Below, in pieces: positions 39,934-50,154 of a DNA stretch of 64,000 nt; position 1 is the stretch's first letter, and each line of letters begins with the position of its first letter. This stretch comes from an uncultured Bacteroidota bacterium. GTDB lineage: Bacteria > Bacteroidota > Bacteroidia > Chitinophagales > Chitinophagaceae. Where the stretch lies: positions 163,551 through 227,550 of the forward strand of contig CAVWYU010000014.1 of the NCBI GenBank assembly GCA_963759335.1, written 5' to 3'. The notes beneath the pieces were generated by a model that worked only from the letters and a program-made list of their open reading frames with translations, was not told the DNA's origin and did no database searches. A program made the position numbers and the translations under genes.

Positions 39934-40064
39934 ATCGAGCCTGTAACTGATACATGGTCCCGGGTCATGGCCGCCTTTGGCGGTACAGCCGGGACCATAT
40001 TATTATTGGCTGCCTGCAGCGCAAGTTTTAATTTCGCCCCCGGTTTCTTAAACTACAAGCGGTT

Positions 40065-41150
40065 ATGAAGATCACGCCTTTTACACAGAAACATCTTGCA
40101 CTGAATGCAAAAATGGCTGAGTTCGCAGGATATAATATGCCGATCAGTTATTCGGGTATCAATGATGAACATCTGGCGGTTCGCAACAATGCAGGCGTTT
40201 TTGATGTGAGTCATATGGGTGAATTTATTCTGAAAGGGCCGGGTGCTCTCGATTTAATACAAAGCCTGACATCCAATGATGCTTCCAAACTCACCGAGGG
40301 TCAGGCTCAATACAGCTGTCTTCCGAATTCAACCGGTGGCATCATTGATGACCTGCTTGTATACTGCCTTAAAAAAGATGATGTATATATGCTGGTGGTG
40401 AATGCTGCCAACATTGAAAAAGACTGGAAGTGGATCAAAAAAAATAACACAGAAGTAAAACTGGAAGACATTTCTTCCAAAACATGTTTGCTGGCCGTTC
40501 AGGGACCGAATGCAACAAAAATTTTGCAGCCTCTGACATCGATGGATCTGATGAACCTGAAATATTACAATTTTGTAAAAGGCAGTTTTGCGGGGGTGGA
40601 CAATGTGCTGATCAGTGCAACCGGTTATACGGGAGCCGGAGGGGTCGAAATTTATTTTGAAGATAAAAACAATTCGGCCGATAAAATATGGGAAGCCATT
40701 TTCGATGCCGGTAAATCATTTGGAATAAAACCGGCCGGCCTGGCAGCACGTGATACCCTGCGCCTGGAGATGGGTTATTGTTTATATGGCAATGACATAG
40801 ACGACAACACTTCTCCGTTGGAAGCAGGATTGGGATGGATTACCCGTTTTACAAAACCATTCGTAGGCCGTGAAGTAATAGAAGAAAAAAAGAAGAAGGG
40901 TATACAAAAAAAACTGGTTGGATTTGAAATGCTGGATAAAGGCATTCCCCGTCATGGATATGAGATCAAGGATTTTTCAGGGGCTATTATTGGAGAAGTT
41001 ACTTCAGGAACACAATCACCTTCCATGAATAAGGCCATTGGTTTGGGTTATGTACGGGATACTTTTTCTAATGTCGACGCAAAAATTTATATTAAGGTCC
41101 GGGATAAACTTTTACAGGCCCGTGTTGTCAAACTTCCGTTTCTTTCTTAA
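40065..41150 (+). CDS. gcvT: Glycine cleavage system T protein
   Basis: FAGYNMP, FDVSHMG, TGYTG and [10 protein letters not shown] motifs. Confidence 0.96.
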   Translation: MKITPFTQKHLALNAKMAEFAGYNMPISYSGINDEHLAVRNNAGVFDVSHMGEFILKGPGALDLIQSLTSNDASKLTEGQAQYSCLPNSTGGIIDDLLVYCLKKDDVYMLVVNAANIEKDWKWIKKNNTEVKLEDISSKTCLLAVQGPNATKILQPLTSMDLMNLKYYNFVKGSFAGVDNVLISATGYTGAGGVEIYFEDKNNSADKIWEAIFDAGKSFGIKPAGLAARDTLRLEMGYCLYGNDIDDNTSPLEAGLGWITRFTKPFVGREVIEEKKKKGIQKKLVGFEMLDKGIPRHGYEIKDFSGAIIGEVTSGTQSPSMNKAIGLGYVRDTFSNVDAKIYIKVRDKLLQARVVKLPFLS

Positions 41151-41207
41151 TACGGCTGCTGATCCGGAGCAAGGAGATAAATATTAATTGAATTTATTGT
41201 GAAACTG

Positions 41208-41939
41208 ATGCCGAATACAAAACCATTCTTATATACCTCACTTTCCCCTGCTTTATTGCATTTGTATAATGTATCTCAGGCAACGGTGGTAATCATTGAT
41301 GTGCTGCGTGCCACTTCAACCATTGCAACCGCATTATACAACGGAGCAAAACATATTGTACCAGTTGACAGTGTCGCAAAATGTATCGAACTGGGCCGTC
41401 AGATCAACTGTATCACTGCAGGAGAAAGAGACGGAAAGATTGCAGAAGGCCTTAGTTATGGGAATTCCCCGTTCGAGTACAGCCGCGCATTTATACAGGG
41501 AAAAATCCTGGTACTCACTACAACCAATGGTACACGTCTACTGCACATGGCGCTGGATAAGGGTGCCCGGGAAATTGTAACAGGTTCTTTCGCAAACCTG
41601 AACGCGGTTACTGAATATCTGCTGCAACAAAAAAATAATGTGATTCTTGCCTGCGCCGCCTGGAAAGACCGGATAAATATCGAAGACACATTATTTGCCG
41701 GTGCCGTGATAGAGAAAATCCGGGATTATTTCACCATAGAATGCGACGCGTCTCATGCCGCTGTTAACCTTTATGAAAAGGCATCAGGTGATTTATTTGG
41801 ATTTATGAAAGAAAATAATGCTTCCCATTTCAAACGCCTGATGGCATACGGATTGGAAAAAGATATTCGCTATTGTCTGGAACCCAATCAGGCAAATGTT
41901 TTACCGATATATGAAGCAGGTAAATTGAAAATTTACTGA
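41208..41939 (+). CDS. comB: 2-phosphosulfolactate phosphatase (ComB) family protein
   Basis: VVIIDVLRATSTI, GNSP, TTTNGT and EDTLFAG motifs. Confidence 0.85.
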   Translation: MPNTKPFLYTSLSPALLHLYNVSQATVVIIDVLRATSTIATALYNGAKHIVPVDSVAKCIELGRQINCITAGERDGKIAEGLSYGNSPFEYSRAFIQGKILVLTTTNGTRLLHMALDKGAREIVTGSFANLNAVTEYLLQQKNNVILACAAWKDRINIEDTLFAGAVIEKIRDYFTIECDASHAAVNLYEKASGDLFGFMKENNASHFKRLMAYGLEKDIRYCLEPNQANVLPIYEAGKLKIY

Positions 41940-43741
41940 TTCATTTCCCAAAGATCCATTTTTCTTTCAAATATTTCCAGGGGCAAACATCCGTCGCTCA
42001 GAACCTCGTCATGGTATGCAGCGATATGAAATCTCTTTCCCAATTCATTCGTATATCGGGTTCGCAATTCACGAATCATCATCGCACCGGTTTTGTAACT
42101 GAGTGCCTGACCGGGAATGGCAATATAACGTTCAATTTCAGCCGTGGCGCCCTGTTCACTGATCGGTTCGTTATCCATCATGTATTTGATAGCCTGTTCC
42201 CGCGTCATTTTTTTCAGGTGCATACCTACATCCACAACCAGACGGACAGCACGGTGCATCTCATCGCCCAGAGCGCCCATATATTGAATGGGGTCGGTAT
42301 ATAATCCCAATTCCTTACCCAGCGATTCTGAATACAATGCCCAACCTTCACCATAAGCGCCATACCATGCAAACCTTCTGAACTTTGGAAGCAAAGTATC
42401 TTCCATCTGTAAAGAATTTTGATAATGATGACCGGGAATGGCTTCATGCAGAAAAAGTGATTCCATTCCGGAAGAGATATTAAACTTGCGGGCATCGAGG
42501 ATCGGAACATAAAACACACCAGGTCTGCTTCCGCCCGGATCTCCGGCTATATACTCTGCGCTTGCACTGGCGGCACGAAATGCTTCTGTCTGGCGGATTT
42601 CAAACTTCATTTTTGGTGTGTGGCCAAAAAGTTTTTTAAGGTTTGGATCAATGGTTGCCTGGATTTTTCTGAAAGCATCCAAAACTTCCCCGGGAGACTG
42701 GTATGGTGTGAAACGGGAATCGGTTTTTATGTAGGTAAAAAATGCAGGCAGTTCGCCCTGAAAACCTGTTTGCGTTTTCACCAGTTCCATTTCAGCATGA
42801 ATTCTTTTTACTTCTGAAAGTCCGGTCTGATATATTTCTTCCGCAGTCTTATTGGTCGTGGTCCAGTAACGAATCAGGTATTTGTACAAGGCAACACCAT
42901 TTGGTAAATCATCATACCCTATGCTGTTGCGGCTTTTGGGCAGGTATTCGTTTTGCAGGAAAACAGCCAGTTTCTGATAAGAAGGTATCAGGGTTCCGGT
43001 AATCAGTGCGTCCAACTGATCAGATAATTTTTGCTTATCCTCATTGCTAAACGAAGCGGGCATCAGGTGAATGGGTGTATAAAAAATGTTTTTTGCAGTA
43101 TCTGTTACCGCCATATTCTGCATTTCCGGAATCATTTTTTCTACAAGGCAACGTGGAAGAATATACCCGTTCAATAGACCTTTTCTGAAATACACGATGG
43201 CACTGTCAGTCCAGGCCTGGAACCTGCCGGCTCTTACAATCCATTTTTGATAGTCCTCAACGGTTTTAAATGGTTGTATGCCTGTACCACTTCCCATCTG
43301 GCCCAGGAACAGCGGAATCCCTTCAAATTGGTTAAAGGGCATATACTGGACATTCGGCATTGTAACATTGTTAATGGCCAGATGCAGGTCAATTCCTTCA
43401 ATATCCATTTTCAGTTCCCTGTAAAGAACATCATAACTGATCTGGTCATTCCTGTTGAGTTTGTCCCGGTCAAAAACAAGTATCTTCTGTAAGTAATCAC
43501 CATAAAAATTTCTCAGGGTATCGAGATAACTATCCGTAAAATCCACAGGCAGCTGATCGTTATAGCGTTGATCACCGTTTTGCGTAGCTTCTACAGGAAA
43601 ATATTTCATCCGGTCGTTGAAATAATCATCGAGAACCTTCCCAAAGTCCTTATTATCAGGTATTGACCTGTCGGATTGCATGAGTTTGCAGGATGAAATT
43701 ATACAGGACGTAAATAGAAACACGTAGACGAAAAATTTCAT
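41933..43741 (-). CDS. DUF885 family lipoprotein
   Basis: HEAIPGHH, EGWALYSE, RAVRLVVDVG and PGQALSYK motifs; lipobox ISSC. Confidence 0.9.
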   Translation of the reverse strand: MKFFVYVFLFTSCIISSCKLMQSDRSIPDNKDFGKVLDDYFNDRMKYFPVEATQNGDQRYNDQLPVDFTDSYLDTLRNFYGDYLQKILVFDRDKLNRNDQISYDVLYRELKMDIEGIDLHLAINNVTMPNVQYMPFNQFEGIPLFLGQMGSGTGIQPFKTVEDYQKWIVRAGRFQAWTDSAIVYFRKGLLNGYILPRCLVEKMIPEMQNMAVTDTAKNIFYTPIHLMPASFSNEDKQKLSDQLDALITGTLIPSYQKLAVFLQNEYLPKSRNSIGYDDLPNGVALYKYLIRYWTTTNKTAEEIYQTGLSEVKRIHAEMELVKTQTGFQGELPAFFTYIKTDSRFTPYQSPGEVLDAFRKIQATIDPNLKKLFGHTPKMKFEIRQTEAFRAASASAEYIAGDPGGSRPGVFYVPILDARKFNISSGMESLFLHEAIPGHHYQNSLQMEDTLLPKFRRFAWYGAYGEGWALYSESLGKELGLYTDPIQYMGALGDEMHRAVRLVVDVGMHLKKMTREQAIKYMMDNEPISEQGATAEIERYIAIPGQALSYKTGAMMIRELRTRYTNELGKRFHIAAYHDEVLSDGCLPLEIFERKMDLWEMNQ

Positions 43742-44028
43742 GCAAATAATTTTGGGTGCTAAAGCTAAGCAATTCATTAATTAAGGAAATAAGGTCAAAA
43801 TAATTTTAAGTACAGAAATGCTTGGAATTTATTTTTTCACATATCTTCGCCGGACTAAACTGCTTGCCACCCGTATTTCCTACCTTATGCATCCCTTTAT
43901 CGTATTCATCAAAACTGTATTTATCAAGTAAAAAGTGCACTACCAGCGGATTGGTACAACAATTGCTGTGTGCGTTATATATTTTTAAGTATATCGATTA
44001 TTCATTAACTCTTCTTAAAATGATTCTT

Positions 44029-44910
44029 ATGAAGCTTAGGTACATTCTACTTTTCTCTGTTTCGTCACTGTTGATGTTCTCCTGTGTGAGCACCAAAAAA
44101 TTTAAAGAAATGCAGGCCAAAATGCAGGCCCGCTTTGATTCATTAAGCGCTGAATATGCAAAACTTCAGGGTGAATTGAAGACATGTAACGATCAGACTG
44201 CAAGCCTTACGTCAAAGAACACAGGCTTACAGGGACAGATAGACGAATTAAACAAACAAGTTGCTTTCCTGAGAGAAAACAATACTCAGGCCCTGAAACA
44301 ACTGGAAGACATGTCAGTGATTTCCGGTTCACAGGCAGAAAGCATCAAGAAGTCGCTTGAGAATATAGGCTCGAAAGACGCATATATCCGCGATCTTCAG
44401 TCTGCTATGGCACACAAAGACTCGATGAACATGGCGCTCGTCATGAACCTCAAGGGTGCTGTAGGAAACGCCAACGATTCTGATGTAAACATCAAAATCG
44501 AAAAAGGTGTAGTTTTCATCGATATCTCCGACAAGATGCTGTTCAACAGCGGAAGCTTTACCGTTTCGAAAAACGCAAAAGTTGTTCTTGCAAAGGTTGC
44601 TGCTGTTCTGAAAAATCAGCCGGATGTTGAATTCATGGTTGAAGGAAACACTGATAACAAACCATTTAGATCAGGCGTTTTGATGGACAACTGGGATCTG
44701 AGTGTTAAACGTGCTACTTCTGTTGTTCGCATCCTGGATAAAACATACGGTATACCGCCTGCAAAAATGACTGCAGCTGGTCGTGGCGAATATGTTCCGT
44801 TAATGCCGAATGATACAAAAGATGGCCGTGCAGCTAACCGCCGCACAAGAATCGTGATCCTCCCACTGTTGGATCAGTTCTTCAATCTGCTCGAAACCAA
44901 AAAAGGCTAA
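44029..44910 (+). CDS. OmpA/MotB family lipoprotein with coiled coil
   Basis: Lipobox MFSC, EGNTD, NWDLSVKRA and NRRTRI motifs; start moved to MKLRY (44029). Confidence 0.88.
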   Translation: MKLRYILLFSVSSLLMFSCVSTKKFKEMQAKMQARFDSLSAEYAKLQGELKTCNDQTASLTSKNTGLQGQIDELNKQVAFLRENNTQALKQLEDMSVISGSQAESIKKSLENIGSKDAYIRDLQSAMAHKDSMNMALVMNLKGAVGNANDSDVNIKIEKGVVFIDISDKMLFNSGSFTVSKNAKVVLAKVAAVLKNQPDVEFMVEGNTDNKPFRSGVLMDNWDLSVKRATSVVRILDKTYGIPPAKMTAAGRGEYVPLMPNDTKDGRAANRRTRIVILPLLDQFFNLLETKKG

Positions 44911-44937
44911 GCTTTTTTTCATACGAAATCATTTTAG

Positions 44938-44965
44938 AGGTCCCCATTTTTGGGGACCTTTTTTT
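44938..44965 (+). terminator. Intrinsic terminator after the ompA-like gene
   Basis: AGGTCCCCA-TTTT-TGGGGACCT followed by a T tract. Confidence 0.85.
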
Positions 44966-45025
44966 GTGTTTATTACGGAGACTTTCATCTTCACATCCTA
45001 TTTCCATCCCCCGCACATGCGGGAT

Positions 45026-45714
45026 AGGAATTCAAAGTGAAGAATGTAAGATGATTTCGTACGCGCGGCATAACATGGTAATGCGGAAATTACGGTCATA
45101 CGTAAAACACGGTAATTGACCATCCAACCCGAGTTTATAATCGACCGGTTTAATTTTTGATTAATTATTGGAAAGAAATAGTCTCTTGCTGAATACATCT
45201 CCCGACAAAAGAACGGATACCGCCTCAGCGATCATCAGATCCGCTCCACAAGTCATTTACAGGGCATTCCTGGACCCTGAAGCAGTGGCTGCATGGCGAC
45301 CACCCAAAGGCATGACATGCCATGTGTATGACTTTAATCCTTTCGAAGGCGGAAGCTTTCGGATGTCATTTGATTATACAACAACGCATCACGAAGTAGC
45401 TGGTAAAACTTCCGATCATGCAGATATTTTTCACGGCCGTTTTCTTGAACTGGTTCCGGACAAGCGGATTGTGGAACTGGTAGAGTTTGAGTCCGGTGAT
45501 CCTGCATTCGCCGGCGAAATGATCATAACGACTACCCTGGTTCCGGTATCCGGGGGTACCGAGGTAACGTTTACGGCAGGGAACGTGCCTGCCGGTATCA
45601 GGCCGGAAGATCATCATAAAGGCATGATGTCTACTTTAGAAAATCTTGCTGAATTTACGCGCAATCCCTGACGCGTAATCTGAAACACATCTCTATACTT
45701 CACTTTGAATTCCT
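45026..45714. mobile_element. Putative non-autonomous cassette bounded by a perfect 17-bp inverted repeat, carrying the SRPBCC gene
   Basis: AGGAATTCAAAGTGAAG (45026-45042) and CTTCACTTTGAATTCCT (45698-45714). No transposase and no clear target-site duplication. Confidence 0.45.
45168..45671 (+). CDS. SRPBCC (AHSA1/START-like) protein
   Basis: IYRAFLDPEA...WRPP, GRFLELVPDKRIV and GTEVT motifs; TTG start uncertain. Confidence 0.85.
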   Translation: MERNSLLLNTSPDKRTDTASAIIRSAPQVIYRAFLDPEAVAAWRPPKGMTCHVYDFNPFEGGSFRMSFDYTTTHHEVAGKTSDHADIFHGRFLELVPDKRIVELVEFESGDPAFAGEMIITTTLVPVSGGTEVTFTAGNVPAGIRPEDHHKGMMSTLENLAEFTRNP

Positions 45715-45790
45715 GCATTTTCCAGCCTGTCACGCTCACCACTACAAAGCTGAAAATACGTTGTGAGAATTAGAGTAAGAAAATGAGATT

Positions 45791-47665
45791 TTAGTATCCC
45801 CTGACATTCTTCCCTTCCATATAATTAATGAATGCCCGATTCACGACCCGGTTGCCACCAGGTGTGGGATAGTTGCCCGTGAAATACCAGTCGCCGGTAT
45901 TGGTCGGGCAGGCTTCGTGAAGAGATTCGATGGTCTGATATATCACCTGAACCGGTGTTTTAATATCCGGCGGGGTAATCAGTTCTGCTATTTTATCAGA
46001 AATTTCCTGGGTAGTAAACGGCTTGTATACCTGACGCACGATATTCTCTGTGTGCAGTTGCCCCAGACGTTCCAGTTCCTTGCAATGATCGTACATATCC
46101 GTCAGGCACTTTTCTTTTTTGCGTTCATGCATGAGCGTTATAGCTGCACGGAATGCAATAAAATCACCCAGTTTGCTCATATCGATACCATAGCAATCCG
46201 GATAGCGGATCTGCGGCGCCGAAGAAACAATAATTATTTTTTTAGGTTCGAGCCTGGCCAGCATGCGCACAATACTCTCCCGCAAAGTGGTTCCGCGGAC
46301 GATGGAATCATCGATCACCACCAGCGTATCCACATCTTTTTGCACGGTACCGTACGTGATATCATAAACATGCTGGACCATTTCATTGCGACTGGCATCA
46401 GCAGTAATGAACGTTCTCATCTTTACGTCCTTGGTAGCAATTTTCTCAATCCGGATTTTCCGGTTGATCATTTGCGAAAGCTTTTCTTCTGTCAGATCAT
46501 TTCCCCAGGACATGATCCGGTCGATCATGACTTTTTTCAGATAATCATCCAGCCCCTTCCACATACCATAGAAAGCAACTTCGGCTGTATTGGGAATAAA
46601 AGAAAATATGCTGTTTTTCAAATCGTGATTAACAGAATTCAGAATCTGTTCGCTCAGATTGTAACCAAGTGCAATTCTTTCCCTGTAGATTTTTTCATCA
46701 CTCCCCCTGGAAAAATAAATTCGTTCAAAACTACAGGCACGGCGTTCTTTAGCCGGAATAATTTGCTCTACCGAAAACCTGCCGTCTGATTTTGCGATCA
46801 GAGCAGTGCCTGGCATCAACTCCAGGACTTCATTTTCTCCTACATTAAAAACGGTTCGTATGGCTGAACGCTCGGATGCAGCAATGATGATTTCATCATT
46901 GGCAAAATAATATGCCGGACGGATGCCATGTGCATCACGGAAAACGAATCCGTCTCCGTTACCCACCAGGCCGCCAACTGTAAATCCGCCGTCGAATAAT
47001 GGAAGCGCTTTTTTCAGAACACGTTTCAAATCCAGTTCTTCAGGTTGATTTTCATCTGCTTCTACAATGTAATGATGTATTACTTCCATCATGGCCGCCA
47101 GGTCGCTCTGTTTCTGAAATTCTCCGGGCTCGATATTTATCAATGCGAAAAGTTCGTCTGTGTTTACCAGGTTGAAATTGCCGGCCAGTGCGAGATTACG
47201 GGTGGGGATCGTATCTCTTTTTATAAAAGGATGACAGAATTCAACATTGTTTTTTCCCTGGGTTCCATAACGGAGATGCCCAAGAAGCAGCTCCCCCATG
47301 ACGGATATATGACCTTTTAAAAGACCGGGATGTTTGATAATATCGGGTTGATATTTTTCCAGGTCTTTTACTTCTTCATTAATCTTTGAGAATATATCGG
47401 CAATCGGCTGATTGTTGTTGCTGCGTATGCGGTGCAGGAAAGGATGGCCGGGTTCTATATTCAGCTTTACAGACGCAACACCCGCACCATCCTGGCCGCG
47501 GTTATGTTGTTTTTCCATAAGCAGGTAGAGCTTATTCAAGCCATACAATGCCGTACCATATTTCTGGAGATAAAAGGAGAAAGGTTTGCGAAGTCTTATG
47601 AACGCCAATCCGCATTCATGTTTTATTTCGTCGCTCAATTTGCTTTTTTTAGTGACGGAATCCAA
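45791..47665 (-). CDS. purF: Amidophosphoribosyltransferase (long Bacteroidota form)
   Basis: KHECG, HNRGQDGAG, HLRYGT and IDDSIVRGTT motifs; TTG 47638 (SDEIKHEC) is a plausible alternative start. Confidence 0.88.
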   Translation of the reverse strand: MDSVTKKSKLSDEIKHECGLAFIRLRKPFSFYLQKYGTALYGLNKLYLLMEKQHNRGQDGAGVASVKLNIEPGHPFLHRIRSNNNQPIADIFSKINEEVKDLEKYQPDIIKHPGLLKGHISVMGELLLGHLRYGTQGKNNVEFCHPFIKRDTIPTRNLALAGNFNLVNTDELFALINIEPGEFQKQSDLAAMMEVIHHYIVEADENQPEELDLKRVLKKALPLFDGGFTVGGLVGNGDGFVFRDAHGIRPAYYFANDEIIIAASERSAIRTVFNVGENEVLELMPGTALIAKSDGRFSVEQIIPAKERRACSFERIYFSRGSDEKIYRERIALGYNLSEQILNSVNHDLKNSIFSFIPNTAEVAFYGMWKGLDDYLKKVMIDRIMSWGNDLTEEKLSQMINRKIRIEKIATKDVKMRTFITADASRNEMVQHVYDITYGTVQKDVDTLVVIDDSIVRGTTLRESIVRMLARLEPKKIIIVSSAPQIRYPDCYGIDMSKLGDFIAFRAAITLMHERKKEKCLTDMYDHCKELERLGQLHTENIVRQVYKPFTTQEISDKIAELITPPDIKTPVQVIYQTIESLHEACPTNTGDWYFTGNYPTPGGNRVVNRAFINYMEGKNVRGY

Positions 47666-47695
47666 CAGGAAACCCGCCTAAACGAAAGTGAAGCG

Positions 47696-47703
47696 CAAAG
47701 TTA
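47696..47703 (-). promoter_or_regulatory. -7 element TAACTTTG (purF)
   Basis: Exact TAnnTTTG. Confidence 0.55.
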
Positions 47704-47729
47704 ATTCAATTTAAGCAAGTATTGAACAA

Positions 47730-47925
47730 GTATGGAAGTGTGGAAGACTGGAAGTGTGGAAGTGCAGAATTTTAACAAACTTATTTAACTGCTAACTCTC
47801 TAAACGACTAACTAACAACTAACAACTAACAACTAACAACTGTCAACCGCCAACCCCGCATTCCGCGGGGCAGGCCGCCAACCGCCAACCGTCAACCGTC
47901 AACCGTCAACCGTCAACCATCAACG
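47730..47925. repeat. Composite element: octamer x4, CAACTAA array, palindrome CCCCGC-ATTCC-GCGGGG, CAACCGY array
   Basis: Read directly from the sequence; ends one base from the response-regulator stop (47926). Confidence 0.9.
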
Positions 47926-48606
47926 TTATATCACCATCGAGCTGGTATTCATAAAGTGTATGAGGGAAGCTGCATTTTTGAGTTTCAGCTTTTTAAGAAT
48001 ATTATGGCGGTGTACTTCCACTGTTTTGATGGAAATTTCAAGCTTTAGTGAAATATCCTTGGAGGAACTACCCTGGCGAATCAGGTTAATGACGTCCATT
48101 TCTCTTTCGGTCAGTGTATTAACCGCTGTGCCGGTGGCCTGATCTTCCTTCGTATTTTCAGAAATCAGGTCTTTGATCTCTTCGCACAGAAACTGGTTTC
48201 CTTTGGATACTTCCAGAATTGCCGTGACCATTTCCTCACGGGAAGAATTTTTTGTTACATAGCCACTCGCACCAAACTGAAGCATTTTCTTTGCAAAAGC
48301 GGGCTGTGAATGCATGGTAACGCCGATTACGCGGGTTTCAGGAGAAAGTGCACGAATCTGCCGGGTCGCTTCGATACCGGAAAAGGGAACCATATTGATA
48401 TCCATCAGCACGACATTCGGATGAATTTCTTCAGTCATTTTAACCGCTTCTTCGGAGTTGGAACAGGAGCCGACAACTTTAAACCGGGAGTCCCTGTTTA
48501 ATATATAAGTCCAGGTTTCCCTGATCAGTTTGTGGTCATCAGCTATCAAAATCTTAATCATATCCGGCGTGTTTTCAATGGCATTAACTGGACTCATGAA
48601 CTGCAT
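47926..48606 (-). CDS. NarL/LuxR family response regulator (orphan)
   Basis: ADDH, LMDINM, GYVTKN and LTERE...KTVEVHR motifs; true start may be 48597 or 48561. Confidence 0.92.
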   Translation of the reverse strand: MQFMSPVNAIENTPDMIKILIADDHKLIRETWTYILNRDSRFKVVGSCSNSEEAVKMTEEIHPNVVLMDINMVPFSGIEATRQIRALSPETRVIGVTMHSQPAFAKKMLQFGASGYVTKNSSREEMVTAILEVSKGNQFLCEEIKDLISENTKEDQATGTAVNTLTEREMDVINLIRQGSSSKDISLKLEISIKTVEVHRHNILKKLKLKNAASLIHFMNTSSMVI

Positions 48607-48696
48607 GGAGGGGGTTAGGTAATTGTAATATACTATAAACCGGACGAAAACAGACCCCCCTGTATACTGATTTTTCTGATTTCTTGTCCTAGCTCA

Positions 48697-50058
48697 TTAA
48701 TTTGAGCCGGTAAACTGGCGGGTTTGCCATTTTGAAAGATTTCCGCAATTGCGATAATCGCCGTCGATCATGATATAGTATGTTGAAATCCGGCTTTGGA
48801 ACCAGGATTGCAAAACTCTGTTCTTTTTTTGTTCCAGCGCCCGCTGGGAAATCCGGTTGTAGTCATCCCTCAGGTTTTCACGATGAGGCTCGGATTTCGA
48901 AATTAAATAGACAACCCGGACGCCTTTTTTACCCCTTTCATCGGTAAAGACGGTAGGCTGTGAATACTGTCCTGAACTCAGATTGGCCTTCTTAAGGAGC
49001 AAAACCATTTCCTTATCCAGTTCATCTATTTTCAGGTAATTCGAACCATCCTTTGCCATCAGAACACCGGCAGTGAATTTCGCATTCTCGTCATCGCTGT
49101 ATTTTGCCACTGCTTCTCCAAAACCAATGGTGCCGTTGACCAGCTGCAGACGTACGGAATCCAGTTTTTCTTTTGCCGTATTGATTTCAGGCTGTGTGAT
49201 CTGAGGTATGCGAAGGATGTGCCGGATGACCGCATCATCGCCGTTCCGGCTAACCATTTGAATGATATGATAACCGAAGCGGGTCTTAATAACAGGTGAA
49301 ATCTGTCCGTCTTTCAGACGAAAAGCCGCTGAAAGGAAAACAGGATCCCATTGCTTTTCAAGGCGGTTGACCTGGTACATGCCACCCTTGTCCTTACTTC
49401 CGGGATCATCCGAATACAAAGTAGCAAGGGATTCAAATTTTTTGTGACCACTTTCCACATCCGCTTTGTATCCGTTCAGCTCTTCGATGGCCAGGAGTTC
49501 AATATCACGGCTCGCTTTGGGATAAACTACGATCTGTCCGATCTGTAGTTCGGATTCATAAAACAGGAGACTGTCCTTGGGTATCTTTTCGTAATACTCC
49601 TTTACTTCTGTCGGAGTAATTTTAATGCCTTCCACAATTTTTGCCCGCATGCCGGAAGCCATACGCTGTTCCTTGATGGGCTGGCGGAATTCTTCCCTCA
49701 TCTGGTACACAGTCCGGCCGGCCACCTGTTCCAGGGCTTCCTTGCTACCGTATTGTGAAATGAAATAGCGTATTTTCTGGTCTATTTCTGCATCAATTTC
49801 ATCCTCTGTTACGGGGATGGAATCTTTTTCAGCCTGTAATACCAGCGCCTTCTGAACGAGCATTCCATCCAGAATCTGACAGGGGTCCTGTTCCTGACCA
49901 CCCTGCCTTTTTATATCTTCGTTTGCAATAAAGATCTCTGATTTCAGAACGATTTTATCACCTACTATTCCTACAATTTTATCCGCCACCACTTTTTGCT
50001 GCGCAAACGTAACAACTGCGGTCAGCAGGAAAAAAGCAGCAAAGACTAATCTCTTCAT
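48697..50058 (-). CDS. surA: SurA-like peptidylprolyl isomerase
   Basis: VADKIVGIVG, SDDPGS.DKGG, KTRFGYHII and RHIL motifs. Confidence 0.85.
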   Translation of the reverse strand: MKRLVFAAFFLLTAVVTFAQQKVVADKIVGIVGDKIVLKSEIFIANEDIKRQGGQEQDPCQILDGMLVQKALVLQAEKDSIPVTEDEIDAEIDQKIRYFISQYGSKEALEQVAGRTVYQMREEFRQPIKEQRMASGMRAKIVEGIKITPTEVKEYYEKIPKDSLLFYESELQIGQIVVYPKASRDIELLAIEELNGYKADVESGHKKFESLATLYSDDPGSKDKGGMYQVNRLEKQWDPVFLSAAFRLKDGQISPVIKTRFGYHIIQMVSRNGDDAVIRHILRIPQITQPEINTAKEKLDSVRLQLVNGTIGFGEAVAKYSDDENAKFTAGVLMAKDGSNYLKIDELDKEMVLLLKKANLSSGQYSQPTVFTDERGKKGVRVVYLISKSEPHRENLRDDYNRISQRALEQKKNRVLQSWFQSRISTYYIMIDGDYRNCGNLSKWQTRQFTGSN

Positions 50059-50065
50059 AAGTTTT

Positions 50066-50073
50066 CAAAAATA
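50066..50073 (-). promoter_or_regulatory. -7 element TATTTTTG (surA)
   Basis: Exact TAnnTTTG, 7 nt before the ATG. Confidence 0.5.
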
Positions 50074-50080
50074 CATTCTC

Positions 50081-50154
50081 TAATTGTCAATTGTCAATTG
50101 TTCATTGTCAATTAGGACAATAATTAACAATTGACAATTAACAATTAACAATTA
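50081..50154. repeat. Inverted AATTGTY heptamer arrays; the right arm supplies the infB stop
   Basis: 50081-50114 versus 50121-50154, 29/34 complementary. Confidence 0.9.

Noticed and set aside
39934-40064. Glycine riboswitch before gcvT
   Set aside because: No GGAGA/CCGAAG/CTCTCAGG-type aptamer features, and the likely promoter is under 30 nt from the ATG.
43822-44028. 69-aa N-terminal extension of the OmpA-like ORF
   Set aside because: Overlaps a promoter-like TATCTTCG (43842-43849) and would bury the lipoprotein signal that starts at 44029.
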